This document shows positions 61,795-64,000 of a stretch of 64,000 nucleotides of DNA, piece after piece. The DNA is taken from positions 124,001-188,000 of the forward strand of contig JAAILG010000024.1 in the NCBI GenBank assembly GCA_012026655.1, in the 5' to 3' direction. The notes below the pieces were generated by a model. The model worked only from the letters and a program-made list of their open reading frames with translations, ran no database searches and was not told the origin of the DNA. A program made the translations under genes and the position numbers. Origin of the DNA: Hydrolagus affinis. Taxonomy: Eukaryota. Each line of letters starts with the position of its first letter. The stretch's first letter is position 1.

Positions 61795-62030
61795 TGGACA
61801 GCATGCCAACAAGGTATATGAATTGCTTCATAAGTTTCAACATGAAAGAAAATAGATGGTTGTTTAAAAGACTTGGAAAGCGATGGCTGAAACATTATTT
61901 CCATCTTGGTGAGAGTGATGGAGAGTCCATAGTTTCTGGCTGTTATGACATACCTTTCTGTCATCTGCTGCAGTTTGCTTTCTGAAAGGACTCCCAAGTG
62001 CACAGTCATCATTTCCTACAGAGACCTGGG
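61795..62030 (-). mobile_element. Degenerate RTE-clade LINE reverse-transcriptase fragment
   Basis: Across a frameshift it reads DDCAL / ..SESKLQQMTERY..ARNYGLSITLTKMEIMFQP, matching the RTE/BovB-type (F/Y)ADDCAL...FGLTIS.KKTEVM.QP motif. Confidence 0.75.
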
Positions 62031-62649
62031 AATCAATAACTCTAAGCAAGTTCTTGAAAACTCCCAAACTGTATTGTAAACCATAAGCATTTTACCTAAA
62101 GTGTTTTTTTTATTGCCAGCCAAACTCTGTGATTATATGGTGGCCTTGAATTTTCTGCCTTTTATTTTGTTCCAAAATGTGACAAATAATTTCTTGTTAT
62201 TTACTTAGTAATTACTAAGTAATTGAACAAAGTAATTGCTTTCATGCAGTTCAGCAGTTAATGAGAATAAAGCAAGTGGAACACAGAAACTGTTGCTGAA
62301 ATCACACAGCTGATCTTATGTTTATTCTACTTGTGATGTAGGAGTAAAAGTACTGTACTTTGGTTTAATAACCAGGTTTTAGAACTAGATAGTGATAGAA
62401 AGTTGTATGCGTTGCTTGAAACAATTTGTTACATCTTATATTTTGACTTGAAAGTTAAAGTCATCTCCAGCTGGTAAATTGTCTGTCAAGATGTTATGTG
62501 GAAGTACAAAACTGTTGATGACCGAAGTGCATCAGTACCCAATTCTCCCCAACAAAGGAATACATGGTTCATGCTGAAGCCATGCTGTAAATCCCTTCAA
62601 CACATGGTTAGCTGATCTCAGCAGGGAGAACGATCATACCATTGATTTG

Positions 62650-62793
62650 ATAACAACTTTCAAGAGAGAAGTAGATAGATATTTGGAGAGGACACATTCG
62701 CAGGGTTATGGGGACAGTGCGGGGGAATGGGATTAATTTTCGCCCACAAATATACAGTCAATTCACTTGACAGTATATTCTGTGAAGCACTTT
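62650..62793 (+). mobile_element. CR1 ORF2 end fused directly to a SINE 3' body
   Basis: TTFKREVDRYLERTHSQGYGDSAGEWD* (stop at 62734-36), then TTTTCGCCCACAAATATACAGTCAATTCAC...GAAGCACTTT. Confidence 0.88.
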
Positions 62794-64000
62794 GGATTGA
62801 CTTTTTATTACTCAAAATAAGTAAGAGAACAAAGCTCTTCGCCGCATTTCCAATCACAGGCTCTTCCTAAACTAATTGAATGTTGTTCAATACATGCGTG
62901 ACTGGCACAGCTTCAACTTTGAGCTTTTTCCAATGGTTACTCTCATATAACATTGACTGACGTAAGGCAAGAGTTATTGCCACCTTGTAAGTTTGCGAAA
63001 GTCTTTGGATAATGTTGCAAGTGTTTTTGTATTCAATTCGGACAGGTTCCCAGGTCACACTGTTGCTAATCTGCTTCTATTTTGATTGTCTTCCAGTAAC
63101 ATAACGCATCTCACTCTCAGGGTAGTTACAACAATGATGTGGAAATAAAACAGTACTAAATATATTCATGGCAGTATTCACAAGACAGTCTTCAGAGATG
63201 TTCATCTTTAGCTACAAATACAAAGCCTGCATGATATTCCATTCAATACCAGCTGGAGCATTGATGAAGTATGTATTAAAACTGATCAAAGAATACTATC
63301 ATCTGGTTTGCAATCCTTTCTTTCAAGCAGAGTTTCATCTTTCACACAACCTTTGTTCTGTTAATTATTTTGAGCTACATCAAAGATAACAATAATGTAA
63401 CCGTGCAATCAGCCACTGAATCATTTTCAATGTGGTTTCCAGAGCTTTATGTTGTCTTTTTTCTCTCTCTCCCCTCTGAACAATGCTTCACATTTGCCCT
63501 GTGAGCTCTTTATTGCAAATCAACAGCGTTCCATGAATAATGATAGGCTTCAGTTTGTTTATTTCCCACCCCCAGTACTGCAGTTCAACAGAATACTGTA
63601 TATGGAATACACATCAATATGATTTTGAGTCTAATGTAGAGATTTGTGAAATCTGGTAGGATATTGGTGGTGCTTCTTTTACAAGTATAATTAGGAAGCA
63701 TCTCCAGTTAACTGGTGTGTCTGCTAGTTTTTTGAGCAATATGTAATAATGCAGTATTCCAACCATATGCCAAGAGTGTAATCGTTGCTGTTGAAGGTTA
63801 TATTGGACGTCTGGAGATCCTGTTGTTTTGAGGTTGGCAATACCAGCTGGCATTCACACTTTATGCCTGAAATTTGTGTGTGAGTTACAAACAGTTGCCA
63901 TTGATTGCGACATACTCAAAAGACTGCTATCTCACTCTGTCGGCTAGTGCACCAATGTGGACACAGTTCATTCCTTTCTGATCTCTTAGGATAATTTTTC

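Overview
This is AT-rich, CpG-depleted, repeat-dense eukaryotic non-coding DNA. The repeat content (SacSINE1/DeuSINE-like SINEs, L2 and CR1 LINE 3' ends, a Penelope-type terminal repeat) points to a cartilaginous fish, possibly a holocephalan; this is inference from repeat types only. No host protein-coding gene can be confidently called: the only recognisable ORF-track proteins are retrotransposon ORF2 remnants (CR1 ~50.2-50.6 kb; L2 ~23.4-23.9, 25.0-25.2 and 54.2-54.5 kb; RTE ~61.8-62.0 kb). The window looks like a large intron or gene desert. It holds about 7 near-full-length copies and many fragments of one young tRNA-derived SINE, older DeuSINEs, many very short L2 tails, and repeat-free blocks that look like conserved non-coding elements. 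The most notable observations are: (i) a perfect 67-bp inverted templated insertion with a fold-back hairpin inside a triple-nested retroposon at 52.0-52.6 kb; (ii) a minimal hammerhead-ribozyme motif in a Penelope-like repeat at 43.07 kb; (iii) a candidate promoter and first coding exon at 44.35-44.59 kb; (iv) a covarying 3' stem-loop shared by the L2 and several SINE tails; (v) repeated nesting of retroposons into one SINE motif. I see no clear evidence of a wholly new multi-gene system. All family assignments are from memory of consensus sequences, without database searches.
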